This document shows, piece after piece, positions 37,346 to 46,422 of a DNA stretch of 64,000 bases. Each line of letters opens with the position of its first letter. The first letter of the stretch is position 1. Under the pieces are notes generated by a model. It searched no databases, had not been told where the DNA came from, and saw nothing but the letters and a program-made list of their open reading frames with translations. The translations under genes and the position numbers were made by a program. The stretch spans positions 1,774 to 65,773 of the forward strand of contig CADCTC010000312.1 of NCBI GenBank assembly GCA_902805635.1, given 5' to 3'. This DNA comes from an uncultured Chloroflexota bacterium. Its GTDB lineage: Bacteria > Chloroflexota > UBA11872 > UBA12225.

Positions 37346-39718
37346 ATGTCGCAGCGCGTGGCGCCGGGGCGCCAGCTCGGACCCTGTGAGCTCCTGGAGG
37401 AGATCGGCCGTGGCGGCAGCTCGGTTGTCTTCCGGGCGCGTCACGCGCGCCTTGATCGCGACGTCGCGATCAAGGTCATTCGCGGGATCTTCGATTCGGA
37501 CGCGACCTTCCTCGCCCGCTTTCGGCAAGAAGCAGACTTCGTTTCGCGTCTGAGTCATCCGCACGTGTTGCCGCTGCTCGAGAGCGGGCAGACCGGTCCT
37601 GACGATGACCTTTCGGACTTGTCATATCTGGTAACTGAGCACATGCCGGGTGGCAGCTTCTCCACGAACCTGGCGGAAGAGCGGAACACGCGCGAGCGGT
37701 GCCTGTTGGCCGTCTCGGTGGGCGAACAGATCGGCGCGGCGCTCGATTACGCCCACTCCCAGGGTGTGCTCCACCGCGACATCAAGCCATCGAACATCCT
37801 CATCGCGGACGACGGGCGCTACGTCCTGAGCGATTTCGGGCTCGCGCGTGTGCTGCACGGCGGCGCCAGCTTGCACCTGACCGCCACAGGCCTGGTCGCG
37901 GGCACCCCCGCCTACATGGCGCCTGAACAAGCACTCGGCGAACCGGCCGACGCCCGCACCGACGTCTACGGCCTGGCGGTCGTGCTGTACGAGATCGTGG
38001 CGGGCCAGGTGCCGTTCGATGCCGATACGCCGCTGGCCACGATGCTGGCACACGTGCACCAGCCGCCCCCAGCGCCGCGTACGGTGCGGCCGGATGTGCC
38101 ACGCACGCTGGAGGTGGTGCTGCTGCACGCTCTGGCGAAGGAGCGTGCGGAGCGCTACGCGTCAGGCGGCGAGCTCGCGGCAGCGGTGCGCGCCGCGGTG
38201 GCGGCTGCGTTCGGCTCCCGCTCGCTCTCCCCGGTCCGTCCGACGGCATCTCCCCGGCAAGAGCGCGCCGCCGGTGCAGCCACCCTCCTTCCGTTCCCCG
38301 GCCGTGAGCGACAGCGCGTCGCCGCTGCGCGCCGGCCGGCGTCCCGGGGGAGAGGCAGACGAGTACTGCGGTTCGTGGCAGGCGGGGTTGCCGCCTTTGC
38401 GGCGGTCACGACCGCCGGAGCGGGCGGTCTGGTGCTGGCGCTCGGGCCGGGCCGTCCTGCGCTTGCCGGGATCGCCGCGCAGTTCGCCGCTAATTCCACC
38501 GGTCCCGCGTGGACCGAGGCGTCGCCACGCGACGGCGCGCCGAACCAGCCGCTGCAGACGCGCATGATCGTGCGCTTCAGCCACGAGATGGACCGCGAGT
38601 CGGTCGAGTCTTCGTTCCGCGTAGTCCCTGAGACCCCTCTCTCGTTCGAGTGGGATGGCCGGCTGCTGATCGCTACGCCGCTGGAAACCCTGCACGAGAA
38701 CACGGCGTACGTGGTGACTCTGGACCATGTCAACTCATTTGACGTGTACGGACGTCCGCTCGTCGCTTCATTGCGCCGCCGCTTCGTCACCCAGAAACCG
38801 CAGCTAGCACCACAGCCCGCCGCTCCCGCCAACACGGGGCCGGGCGCGGCGGTGCCGGTCTTCCCGTTCTTGCCGCCACCTGTGCCCACGGCGCAACCTA
38901 CGGCGGAACCGCAGGCGTCTTCAGCGCCTTCGCTGCCAGAACGCCCCGTCTCTGACGGTCGTGTGCCCGCAACGCAGACACCGCGTCCTGTCGCCTCGGC
39001 GAGACGTGAGGTGACAGTGGACGCGACTGTGCCGGCCCCAGCCTACGCGCCGCCTACCGCTCCGGCCCAGCCACTCGATACGTCTATCGTCGCCGGTTTC
39101 GTCATTACCGCGGAACAGGCCGACGCAGAGCTCGCAGGGACGCCGGTGGCGACACTCGTGCCCGCGCCGCTGCCTAGCACAACGCCGGGCAGTCCGGGCG
39201 CGCTGGCGACGGTACAGAGCCAGAATTCGACGGTACAGGCCGGCACGACGAGAGTGCCCGCCACCGCCACGGCGGTGCGTACCCCGGCCGCGGCCACGCC
39301 TCCGGCGACCGGCACCTCCCCGGCGTTTGCCACCTGGGCTGCGCAGGCGTTCGCGCCGGCCGCACAACTTGGAGGCACTCAGAGCACGCCGTCCTCGTCC
39401 TCGCCCGCGTCAGCCACTGCACAGGCGCAGACACCCACGTCCCAACCATCGGTCAGCCAGACGCCCCGCCGTTTGACCGCCGCGACTCCGACGGCGGCGG
39501 CAACGCCGGGTGTGACCGCAGCGGCCGCCACGGCCACCGCTGTGGGATCGAGGCCGGCTACAACCGAGCAAGCCCTTCAGCTGCCGGCCACCGCCACAGA
39601 GCAAGCGTCACCGCATGCGGGGGCGCCGTCTAGCACGCCGGCGGCGGGTCAGGCGCTCTCCGGCGGCGCGCCGGCCACACCCACGGTTGGTGCAGCCACG
39701 TCCGCATCTAGTCAGTAG
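37346..39718 (+). CDS. transmembrane Ser/Thr protein kinase with an extracellular Ig-like (SbsA/Big_5-type) domain and a long P/T/A-rich tail
   Basis: Hanks kinase motifs (GRGGSSVVFRA, VAIKV, HRDIKPSNILI, DFGLA, GTPAYMAPE). TM segment LRFVAGGVAAFAAVTTAGAGGLVLAL. Then RMIVRFSHEMDRESVESSFRVVPETP...YVVTLD, followed by about 330 aa of low complexity. Confidence 0.85.
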   Translation: MSQRVAPGRQLGPCELLEEIGRGGSSVVFRARHARLDRDVAIKVIRGIFDSDATFLARFRQEADFVSRLSHPHVLPLLESGQTGPDDDLSDLSYLVTEHMPGGSFSTNLAEERNTRERCLLAVSVGEQIGAALDYAHSQGVLHRDIKPSNILIADDGRYVLSDFGLARVLHGGASLHLTATGLVAGTPAYMAPEQALGEPADARTDVYGLAVVLYEIVAGQVPFDADTPLATMLAHVHQPPPAPRTVRPDVPRTLEVVLLHALAKERAERYASGGELAAAVRAAVAAAFGSRSLSPVRPTASPRQERAAGAATLLPFPGRERQRVAAARRPASRGRGRRVLRFVAGGVAAFAAVTTAGAGGLVLALGPGRPALAGIAAQFAANSTGPAWTEASPRDGAPNQPLQTRMIVRFSHEMDRESVESSFRVVPETPLSFEWDGRLLIATPLETLHENTAYVVTLDHVNSFDVYGRPLVASLRRRFVTQKPQLAPQPAAPANTGPGAAVPVFPFLPPPVPTAQPTAEPQASSAPSLPERPVSDGRVPATQTPRPVASARREVTVDATVPAPAYAPPTAPAQPLDTSIVAGFVITAEQADAELAGTPVATLVPAPLPSTTPGSPGALATVQSQNSTVQAGTTRVPATATAVRTPAAATPPATGTSPAFATWAAQAFAPAAQLGGTQSTPSSSSPASATAQAQTPTSQPSVSQTPRRLTAATPTAAATPGVTAAAATATAVGSRPATTEQALQLPATATEQASPHAGAPSSTPAAGQALSGGAPATPTVGAATSASSQ

Positions 39719-39783
39719 GCCGTCACGCCAGGTCTGCAAGGCAGCTGCGCCGCATGTCAGCGTGCTGCGGCTGGCGACGGCGC

Positions 39784-41271
39784 CTACTTGCGCGCCAGGC
39801 TAGAGCCTTGCGCGTTGTCGCGTACCTCGTAGCCCAAAGCAGCCAGCTCGCCACGCAGCCGGTCCGCAGCGGCGAAGTCGCGCGCCTTGCGTGCAGCGTT
39901 GCGCTGCTCGAGGAGCGCGAGCGCTTCGGCAGGCGGCTGGTCGGGCTCGGCCTGGCTCACCTGCTCTAGCCCAAGCGGCAGGAGCTCATTCATCGCGGCC
40001 AGGGTGGCGCGACGCACTCCGGGAGCGATTGTGTCGTCGCGCAGCGTCTCCCACACCACGGCCAGTGCCTGCGGCGCGTTCAGGTCTTCTCGCAGCGCGG
40101 CGCGGAATCGCTCGACGGCTGCCGACTCCGGCGCTGCGCCGGACTCTTCCGGCAGGGCGGCGAACGTCTCGTGCAACCGGCGCAGCGCCGAGGCGGCGCC
40201 GTTCAGCGCTTCTTCCGTGAACGTCAAATGCGCCCGGTAGTGCGCCTGGTAGGTGAGGTACCGGTACGCCAGTGGGTCGTACCCGCCGTCGATCAGCGAC
40301 TGCAGCGTCAAGAAGTCACCGGAAGACTTGGACATCTTCCGGTCCTTCATGTTGAGGAACTCTCCATGCAGCCACCACTTGGACAGCAGCTTCCCGGTGG
40401 CGGCCTGGGTCTGCGCGATCTCGTTGGTGTGATGAACGGGGATATGGTCCACGCCGCCGGTATGCAGGTCGAACGGCACGCTCAAGTACTTTGCCGCCAT
40501 CGCCGAACACTCGATGTGCCAGCCCGGAAAGCCCCGGCCCCAGGGACTGTCCCATTCCATCTGGCGTTGCTCGCCCTCCGGAGAAAACTTCCACAGGGCA
40601 AAGTCCTGGGGGTTCCGTTTCTCGTCGTTGAGCCCGATGCGCGCCCCTGCCTGCTGGCCGTAGTCCGGGAGCTTTGACGTGTCGAAATAGATGCCGTCGC
40701 TCGTGCGGTACGTGAACTTCTCTTCCTCGATGTGGGCGATCAGTTCGATCATCTCCGGGACGTGCTCGGTCGCCTTGCACCAGATATCGGGCTCCAGGAT
40801 CTGCAGCCGCGTCAGGTCCCGCTTGAACGCCTGCGTAAAGAACTCCGCGATCTCCCACGCGGTGCGCCCCTGCTTGCGCGCGCCCAGCTCCATCTTGTCG
40901 GCGCCCTCGTCGGCGTCTGAGGTGAGGTGACCCACGTCCGTGATATTCATCACGTGATTTACGTCGTAGCCTTCGGCGAGCAGCACGCGGCGCAGCAAGT
41001 CCACGAAGAGGTACGTGCGCAGGTTCCCGATGTGCGCGTAGTCGTAAACCGTCAGGCCACACGAATACAGCCCCGCCTTGCCGGGCTCCAGGGGCGTGAA
41101 CACGTCGCACTGGCGCGTAAGCGTATTGAAGAGCCGCACGGGTTCCGCCGGTGGAGCGGCGGCGGGCGTGGCGGTTGCCGCGGATGTGGCGTTCACCGTG
41201 CGCGACGCGCGTGCCGTGCCCTTGGAGGTGGCTCCGACGGAGGCGGCCGGCGATGCTGTACTGGCGCTCAT
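39784..41271 (-). CDS. cysS: cysteine--tRNA ligase
   Basis: [20 protein letters not shown] (HIGH region), [18 protein letters not shown]. The first ~44 aa are S/T/A-rich. An alternative GTG start at 41139 gives [10 protein letters not shown]. Confidence 0.9.
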   Translation of the reverse strand: MSASTASPAASVGATSKGTARASRTVNATSAATATPAAAPPAEPVRLFNTLTRQCDVFTPLEPGKAGLYSCGLTVYDYAHIGNLRTYLFVDLLRRVLLAEGYDVNHVMNITDVGHLTSDADEGADKMELGARKQGRTAWEIAEFFTQAFKRDLTRLQILEPDIWCKATEHVPEMIELIAHIEEEKFTYRTSDGIYFDTSKLPDYGQQAGARIGLNDEKRNPQDFALWKFSPEGEQRQMEWDSPWGRGFPGWHIECSAMAAKYLSVPFDLHTGGVDHIPVHHTNEIAQTQAATGKLLSKWWLHGEFLNMKDRKMSKSSGDFLTLQSLIDGGYDPLAYRYLTYQAHYRAHLTFTEEALNGAASALRRLHETFAALPEESGAAPESAAVERFRAALREDLNAPQALAVVWETLRDDTIAPGVRRATLAAMNELLPLGLEQVSQAEPDQPPAEALALLEQRNAARKARDFAAADRLRGELAALGYEVRDNAQGSSLARK

Positions 41272-41317
41272 ACCAGGGAATTGTAGTCGGAAACGCCAGG
41301 GCAGCTATCCTTGCGCC

Positions 41318-42100
41318 ATGGCGCGTCAAGCACAGGCTCCCATGGCACACGGGCATCCCAACTCCGGCAGCGATGAAGGCACCGCCGCGGGGGCGCAATC
41401 CAACGGCCGCGACGGCGACAAGAAGATCACCGCGGCCACGGAACACTACCTCCAGAGCATTTACGCCCTCACCGCGGAGCGCAAGTCGCTGATCGGCGCA
41501 CGGCTGGCGCAGCACTTGCGCGTCTCGCCGCCCTCGGTTACGCAGACGCTACAGCGCCTGGAGCGCAGCGGCTTCGTCGAGCTCGTGGATCGCGGCGACC
41601 GCAAGGAGATCGTGCTCACCGACGCGGGCCGCCGCATCGGCGAAGAGTCGACGCGCAAGCACCGGCTGATCGAGCGCTGGCTACAGAAAGAACTCGGCCT
41701 CACCTCCACCGAGGCGCACGAGGCGGCCGAGAAGTTCGAGCCGGGCTTCACGCCCATGCTGCTCGAGCGGCTCTACGATTCGCTCGGCCGCCCAGAGACA
41801 TGCCCGCACGGCAACCCCATTCCGGCGCCCGGCGGGCGCTTGGAGATGGACTACGACGGCATCTACCTGGATGAAGTGAAACCGGGCGAGGAAGTGGTGC
41901 TTGGTCGTATCACGGAAGAGGCCGAGATGGACCTGGACCTGCTGGAGTACCTCGAGCGACACCGGATCGGGCCGGGCGTGCGCCTGCGGATCGTGGCAGT
42001 TGACCGTGTCTCCGCCGCCGTCACTGCGCGCGCTCCCTCAGGCGACGAGATCCGCGTCGAGGGACGCTCGGCGGCGCTGATCTGGGTCAAGCGCCCTTAG
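41318..42100 (+). CDS. DtxR/MntR-family metal-dependent transcriptional repressor with a C-terminal FeoA/SH3-like domain
   Basis: TEHYLQSIYAL..., ARLAQHLRVSPPSVTQTLQRLERSGFV, TRKHRLIERWL, CPHGNPIP, then VVLGRITEEA...LRIVAVD. The ATG at 41318 lies inside the longer ORF-track frame. Confidence 0.8.
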   Translation: MARQAQAPMAHGHPNSGSDEGTAAGAQSNGRDGDKKITAATEHYLQSIYALTAERKSLIGARLAQHLRVSPPSVTQTLQRLERSGFVELVDRGDRKEIVLTDAGRRIGEESTRKHRLIERWLQKELGLTSTEAHEAAEKFEPGFTPMLLERLYDSLGRPETCPHGNPIPAPGGRLEMDYDGIYLDEVKPGEEVVLGRITEEAEMDLDLLEYLERHRIGPGVRLRIVAVDRVSAAVTARAPSGDEIRVEGRSAALIWVKRP

Positions 42101-42222
42101 CGCGTGGCGAAGCAGGCGCGGCACCAGGAGCACAGCACCTGGAAGCCCAGCAGGACGCGCGGCGTCCGCCGGTAGACGTAGGCCGACGCTGCCGCAGTGT
42201 GCGTTGCAGCCGTGGTGAGCAT
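42097..42222 (-). CDS. candidate 41-aa cysteine-containing small ORF (speculative)
   Basis: Minus strand reads AGAGGGAcatccc-ATG, then MLTTAATHTAAASAYVYRRTPRVLLGFQVLCSWCRACFATR-TAA. Third-codon positions are strongly G/C. Its stop overlaps the dtxR-like stop. A TTAACG-N17-TATTTG element lies upstream. Confidence 0.25.
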   Translation of the reverse strand: MLTTAATHTAAASAYVYRRTPRVLLGFQVLCSWCRACFATR

Positions 42223-42280
42223 GGGATGTCCCTCTGTCAAATACGGCGCTTCACGCTGAGCGTTAAGGTCGCCTAATTAA

Positions 42281-43084
42281 GTGTACCTAACGCTGCGCCT
42301 GTATTGGGAGATCGCAAAACGGGCATTCCAACGCCAGCTCGCGTATCGCACCGCCAACCTTGCCGGACTGATCACCAACGCCTTCTTCGGGTACGTCCGC
42401 GCTGCCGTGCTGCTTGCCGCCTTCAGCGGCCGGGGTTCGGTGGCGGGGTACGACGCCGCACAGGTAGTTACCTTCACCTGGGTCACCCAGGCGCTCATCA
42501 TGGTGGTGAACCTGTGGGGCGGCATCGGCGTCGGAGACACGATCGCGAGCGGCGCGGTGGTGTCCGACCTGTCGAAGCCCTTCTCGCTCACGGGCTACTG
42601 GCTCTCACGTGAGTGCGGGCGCGCCGTCTACTTCCTGGCATTCCGCTGCGCGCCGATCCTGGTGATTGGCCACCTTGTCCATGGCCTGCGCTGGCCACAG
42701 CACCCCACTACCTGGCCGGTCCTCGCCGTCAGCCGCGCCCTGGCCGTGGCCATCAGCTTTGCCTGGGGGTTCATCATCGAGCTGACCGGCTTCTGGACGC
42801 TGCAGACGAAAGGCATCCGGCAGCTCGCGCTCGGCGTCCTGATGTTCTTCAGCGGCTTCGTGGTGCCGATCCCGCTTTTCCCAGACTGGCTGCAGACCGT
42901 CGCCTACGCCCTCCCCTTCGCGTCCATCACGCAGGTGCCTGGTGACATGTTCCTGGAGCGGTTGGACGCGGCCCAGACCGTACACGCGCTGGCCGGCCAG
43001 TCCATCTGGGCGGCTGCCATGATTGGCGCGGCGCAGGCGCTTGTCACCGTCGCCACGCGCCGTGTCGTGACCCAGGGCGGTTAG
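42281..43084 (+). CDS. ABC-2-family transporter permease
   Basis: 267 aa and about 6 TM segments. YRTANLAGLITNAFFGYVRAAVL... is typical of ABC2_membrane_6-type permeases that occur as a pair next to an ATPase. Confidence 0.7.
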   Translation: MYLTLRLYWEIAKRAFQRQLAYRTANLAGLITNAFFGYVRAAVLLAAFSGRGSVAGYDAAQVVTFTWVTQALIMVVNLWGGIGVGDTIASGAVVSDLSKPFSLTGYWLSRECGRAVYFLAFRCAPILVIGHLVHGLRWPQHPTTWPVLAVSRALAVAISFAWGFIIELTGFWTLQTKGIRQLALGVLMFFSGFVVPIPLFPDWLQTVAYALPFASITQVPGDMFLERLDAAQTVHALAGQSIWAAAMIGAAQALVTVATRRVVTQGG

Positions 43085-43094
43085 GAGCCACCCC

Positions 43095-43913
43095 TTGTCA
43101 TTTGGCGTCGCGCTGCACGAGCTGGACACCTACCGCCGTCTTGCGGGCGCCTACGCGCGCAGCGAGATGCAATACCGCGTCTCGTTCGCCTTGCGCATGG
43201 TCGGGACGTTCGCCGTCACCATCATCGACTTCGCGGGGATCGCGGTCGTGCTCGCGCGGGTACCGCACCTGCAGGGGTGGTCGCTCTACGAAGTCGGCAT
43301 CCTGTGTGGGATGTCGGCTATCTCCTTCTCGCTGGCTGAGATGATCGCCGGCGCCCTGGACTTCTTCGACGAGTTTGTCCAGGCCGGCACCTTCGACCGC
43401 CTGATGATCCGCCCTCTGCCGCTGCTGATGCAGGCCATGACCGAGCGATTCAGCCTGCGCCGCCTCGGCCGCGCCGCGCAGGGCGCCGTCGTGCTGGCCA
43501 TCTCGCTCCGCGCCCTCGACATCGCGTGGACCTGGGACAAGGCACTGGTACTCGCCATCGCGCTGTGCAGCGGGATCGCCATCTTCTTCACCATCTTCGT
43601 ATTGAGCGCCGTCTTCTGCTTCTGGACGGTACAGGGCAAGGTGGCCACACACGTCTTCACCTACGGCGGCGACTTCATGACCAGCTACCCCCTTGACATC
43701 TACCGCGACTGGCTGCGCCGCTTTGTCACCTTCGTGGTGCCGCTCGCCTTCGTCAACTACTATCCCGCCCTCTACCTGCTCGACCGCGCCGACACGCTCG
43801 GCATGCCCTCCTGGACGGGACTGCTTGCGCCGGTCGTCGCGGCATTCCTTGGCTTCGTCGCCTGGATTGCCTGGACAGCCGGCGTGCGTCGGTACCAGAG
43901 CACGGGGTCATAG
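43095..43913 (+). CDS. ABC-2-family transporter permease (second subunit)
   Basis: 272 aa. YRRLAGAYARSEMQYRVSFALRMVGTF..., multiple TM segments. Adjacent to the paralogous permease and the ATPase. Confidence 0.7.
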   Translation: MSFGVALHELDTYRRLAGAYARSEMQYRVSFALRMVGTFAVTIIDFAGIAVVLARVPHLQGWSLYEVGILCGMSAISFSLAEMIAGALDFFDEFVQAGTFDRLMIRPLPLLMQAMTERFSLRRLGRAAQGAVVLAISLRALDIAWTWDKALVLAIALCSGIAIFFTIFVLSAVFCFWTVQGKVATHVFTYGGDFMTSYPLDIYRDWLRRFVTFVVPLAFVNYYPALYLLDRADTLGMPSWTGLLAPVVAAFLGFVAWIAWTAGVRRYQSTGS

Positions 43914-43988
43914 TGAGATGACCGACGCTGTCACTCTGAGCGGAGCGAAGAATCCGTCTCTGCTTCCGGCGCGGGACCTGGACGAGGC

Positions 43989-45026
43989 ATGAACGTCATC
44001 ACCGTCGCGAACCTCCACAAGACCTTCAGGGTGCCGCTGCACCACCGTGGCGCACTGGGTGCGGTGCGCAATCTCTTGGAGCACCGCTTCAAAGAGGTGC
44101 GCGCCGTGGATGGAATTTCCTTTACGGTCGAGCGTGGCGAGATGCTGGGCTGCCTCGGTCCCAACGGCGCCGGCAAGTCCACCACCATCAAGATGCTGAC
44201 CGGCATCCTCACCCCTTCGTCCGGTCAGGTGGACGTGATGGGTTTGTCGCCCCAACGCAGGCGCAAGCAGGTCGCGGCGCGGGTCGGCGTTGTGTTCGGG
44301 CAGCGCACTCAGCTGTGGTGGGACCTGCCATTGATCGAGTCGCTCGACCTGCTGCGCCACATCTACCGCGTGCCCGCCCAGCGCTATCAATCTAACCTGG
44401 ACACCTTCCGCGCACTGCTTGATTTAGACCCGTTCCTCACCACGCCGGTGCGACAGCTCTCGCTTGGCCAGCGCATGCGCGGGGACCTGGCCGCCGCGCT
44501 GCTCCACGACCCGGAGGTGCTCTACCTCGACGAGCCCACCATTGGCCTCGATGTGGTTGCCAAGCATCGTATCCGCGACTTCCTGCGCAAGATCAACCGC
44601 GAGCGCGGCGTCACTGTCCTGCTCACCACCCACGACATGTCGGACGTGGAACAGCTCTGCTCGCGCGTGCTGATCATCGACCACGGCAGGCTGCTCTACG
44701 ACGGAGGCCTGCGCCAGATCCGCGACAGCCTGGGCACCGAGCGCACGCTGGTGGTGGACCTAGCGGATAGCGAAATGGGCGACGCACCGCTGCACGTGCC
44801 ACCCGCGGTAGAGGTGCGCGCCGACGGCCCGCGCCGCTGGCTGCGCTTCAGCCGCACCGACATCTCCGCCGCCGACTTGATCGCCGCCGTCGCAGCGCGC
44901 TATCGCCTGCAGGACCTCACCATCGAAGAGCCTGAGATCGAAGAGATCATCCGCGGCATTTACGAGGACGAGCTGGTGCTCCCAGCCGGGGGTGCAGGAA
45001 GCACGCGCTACGCTCTGCCCACATGA
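43989..45026 (+). CDS. ABC transporter ATP-binding protein
   Basis: Walker A GPNGAGKSTT, signature LSLGQRMR, Walker B LYLDEPTIGLD, H-loop TTHDM, plus a C-terminal extra domain. Confidence 0.9.
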   Translation: MNVITVANLHKTFRVPLHHRGALGAVRNLLEHRFKEVRAVDGISFTVERGEMLGCLGPNGAGKSTTIKMLTGILTPSSGQVDVMGLSPQRRRKQVAARVGVVFGQRTQLWWDLPLIESLDLLRHIYRVPAQRYQSNLDTFRALLDLDPFLTTPVRQLSLGQRMRGDLAAALLHDPEVLYLDEPTIGLDVVAKHRIRDFLRKINRERGVTVLLTTHDMSDVEQLCSRVLIIDHGRLLYDGGLRQIRDSLGTERTLVVDLADSEMGDAPLHVPPAVEVRADGPRRWLRFSRTDISAADLIAAVAARYRLQDLTIEEPEIEEIIRGIYEDELVLPAGGAGSTRYALPT

Positions 45027-46405
45027 CCGAAACAGTTGCCGGCCAGGCCGGCGGCGGCACGGCCGTTCTCGGCGGCGGGGCGCTGGGCCTGACGGTGGCG
45101 TTGAGACTGGCCCAGGCCGGTGAGCGGGTCACCGTCTTCGAGCGCGAGCCTATCGCCGGTGGTCTCGCCGCCGGCTTCCAGCCTGCGCCAGACCTACCGG
45201 GCGGTGGTCCGTACCTCGAAAAGTTCTATCACCACATCTTCCGCTCCGATACTCGCGTCACGGCGCTGATCGAAGAGCTCGGCCTTGGCGAGCGCCTGGT
45301 CTGGCCGACGCCAAAGAACGCCGTCGTCTATGGCGGCCGGCGCTGGTTTCCCTACACCCCGCTCGGCCTGCTCGGCTTCGGCGCCCTGTCGCCGGTTGAC
45401 CGCGTCCGGATGGGGGCGGCCACTGCGCTGCTCAAGGCAGCACCGAGTCACACGCCGTTCGAGCGCGTCACGGCGCACGATTGGCTGCGCCGCTGGATGG
45501 GCCGGCGCGTCTATGAGGTGTGCTGGCAGCCCCTGCTGCGTGCCAAGTTTGGCGACCGGTTCGACCGCATCTCCATGGCATGGTTTTGGGCCCGTATTCA
45601 CTACCGCAGCTTCGCCCTTGGGTACCTCGCGGGCGGCTTCCAACAGCTCTATGACCGCCTGGTTGCCGAGATAACACGGCTTGGCGGCGAAGTCCGCCTG
45701 GCGCACGAAGTCCTTGACGTGCGCTACCAGCCTCCGGGAAACGCCGCAGCGGCCGATGGGCCCCCGCCTGCGCCGTGGACCGTCCGGTGGCGCGGTCCAG
45801 GCGTGCACGCCGTTTCCGAGACCGCTTTCGGTCGGGTTGTATCTACCCTGCCTACCCGCCTCACCGTCCGGCTGGTACCGCAGCTGCCGGAGGAGTTCCG
45901 CAGACGCTACGACTGGGGCGAGGCGTACGGCGCTCACTGCCTGGTGCTCGCGCTCGACCGTCAGCTGCTCACGGATGGGACATACTGGCTCAACGTTAAC
46001 GACCCAGGCTATCCCTTCCTCGTGCTGGTCGAGCACACCAATTACATGCCCGCCGCGGATTACGGCGGCCGGCGCCTGATCTACTTGGGCAACTACCTGC
46101 CGATGGACCATCCGTTGTTTGGGCAGTCCAAGGAAGAGATTCTCGCTGCATTTCTCCCCGCGGTCCGGCGTCTCGTCCCGGCATTCGAAGACAGTTGGGT
46201 CACGGAGAGCTGGTCCTTCGCCGCGCCCTACGCCCAGCCCATAGTCACGCGCGACTACCCGGAGCACATCCCACCGCTCAAGGCTCCGTTACCCCACCTG
46301 TGGCTCGGCTCGATGTTCCAGGTCTACCCGCAGGACCGGGGGCAGAACTATTCCATCGCCCTGGGCGAACGCCTGGCGGCTCAGTTTCTCAGCACGCACG
46401 CCTGA
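45023..46405 (+). CDS. NAD(P)/FAD-dependent oxidoreductase (amine-oxidase/phytoene-desaturase-like fold)
   Basis: N-terminal dinucleotide-binding motif (AVLGGGALGLTVALRLAQAGERVTVFE), 460 aa. ATGA overlap with the ABC ATPase gene. Confidence 0.75.
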   Translation: MTETVAGQAGGGTAVLGGGALGLTVALRLAQAGERVTVFEREPIAGGLAAGFQPAPDLPGGGPYLEKFYHHIFRSDTRVTALIEELGLGERLVWPTPKNAVVYGGRRWFPYTPLGLLGFGALSPVDRVRMGAATALLKAAPSHTPFERVTAHDWLRRWMGRRVYEVCWQPLLRAKFGDRFDRISMAWFWARIHYRSFALGYLAGGFQQLYDRLVAEITRLGGEVRLAHEVLDVRYQPPGNAAAADGPPPAPWTVRWRGPGVHAVSETAFGRVVSTLPTRLTVRLVPQLPEEFRRRYDWGEAYGAHCLVLALDRQLLTDGTYWLNVNDPGYPFLVLVEHTNYMPAADYGGRRLIYLGNYLPMDHPLFGQSKEEILAAFLPAVRRLVPAFEDSWVTESWSFAAPYAQPIVTRDYPEHIPPLKAPLPHLWLGSMFQVYPQDRGQNYSIALGERLAAQFLSTHA

Positions 46406-46422
46406 ACCAGAGCCACCGGACC

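Noticed and set aside
41272-41317. Looked for a T-box leader upstream of cysS and a DtxR/IdeR or MntR palindromic operator in the cysS/dtxR divergent region.
   Set aside because: The region is only 46 nt, far too short for a T-box, and I could not find an inverted repeat resembling the iron-box consensus.
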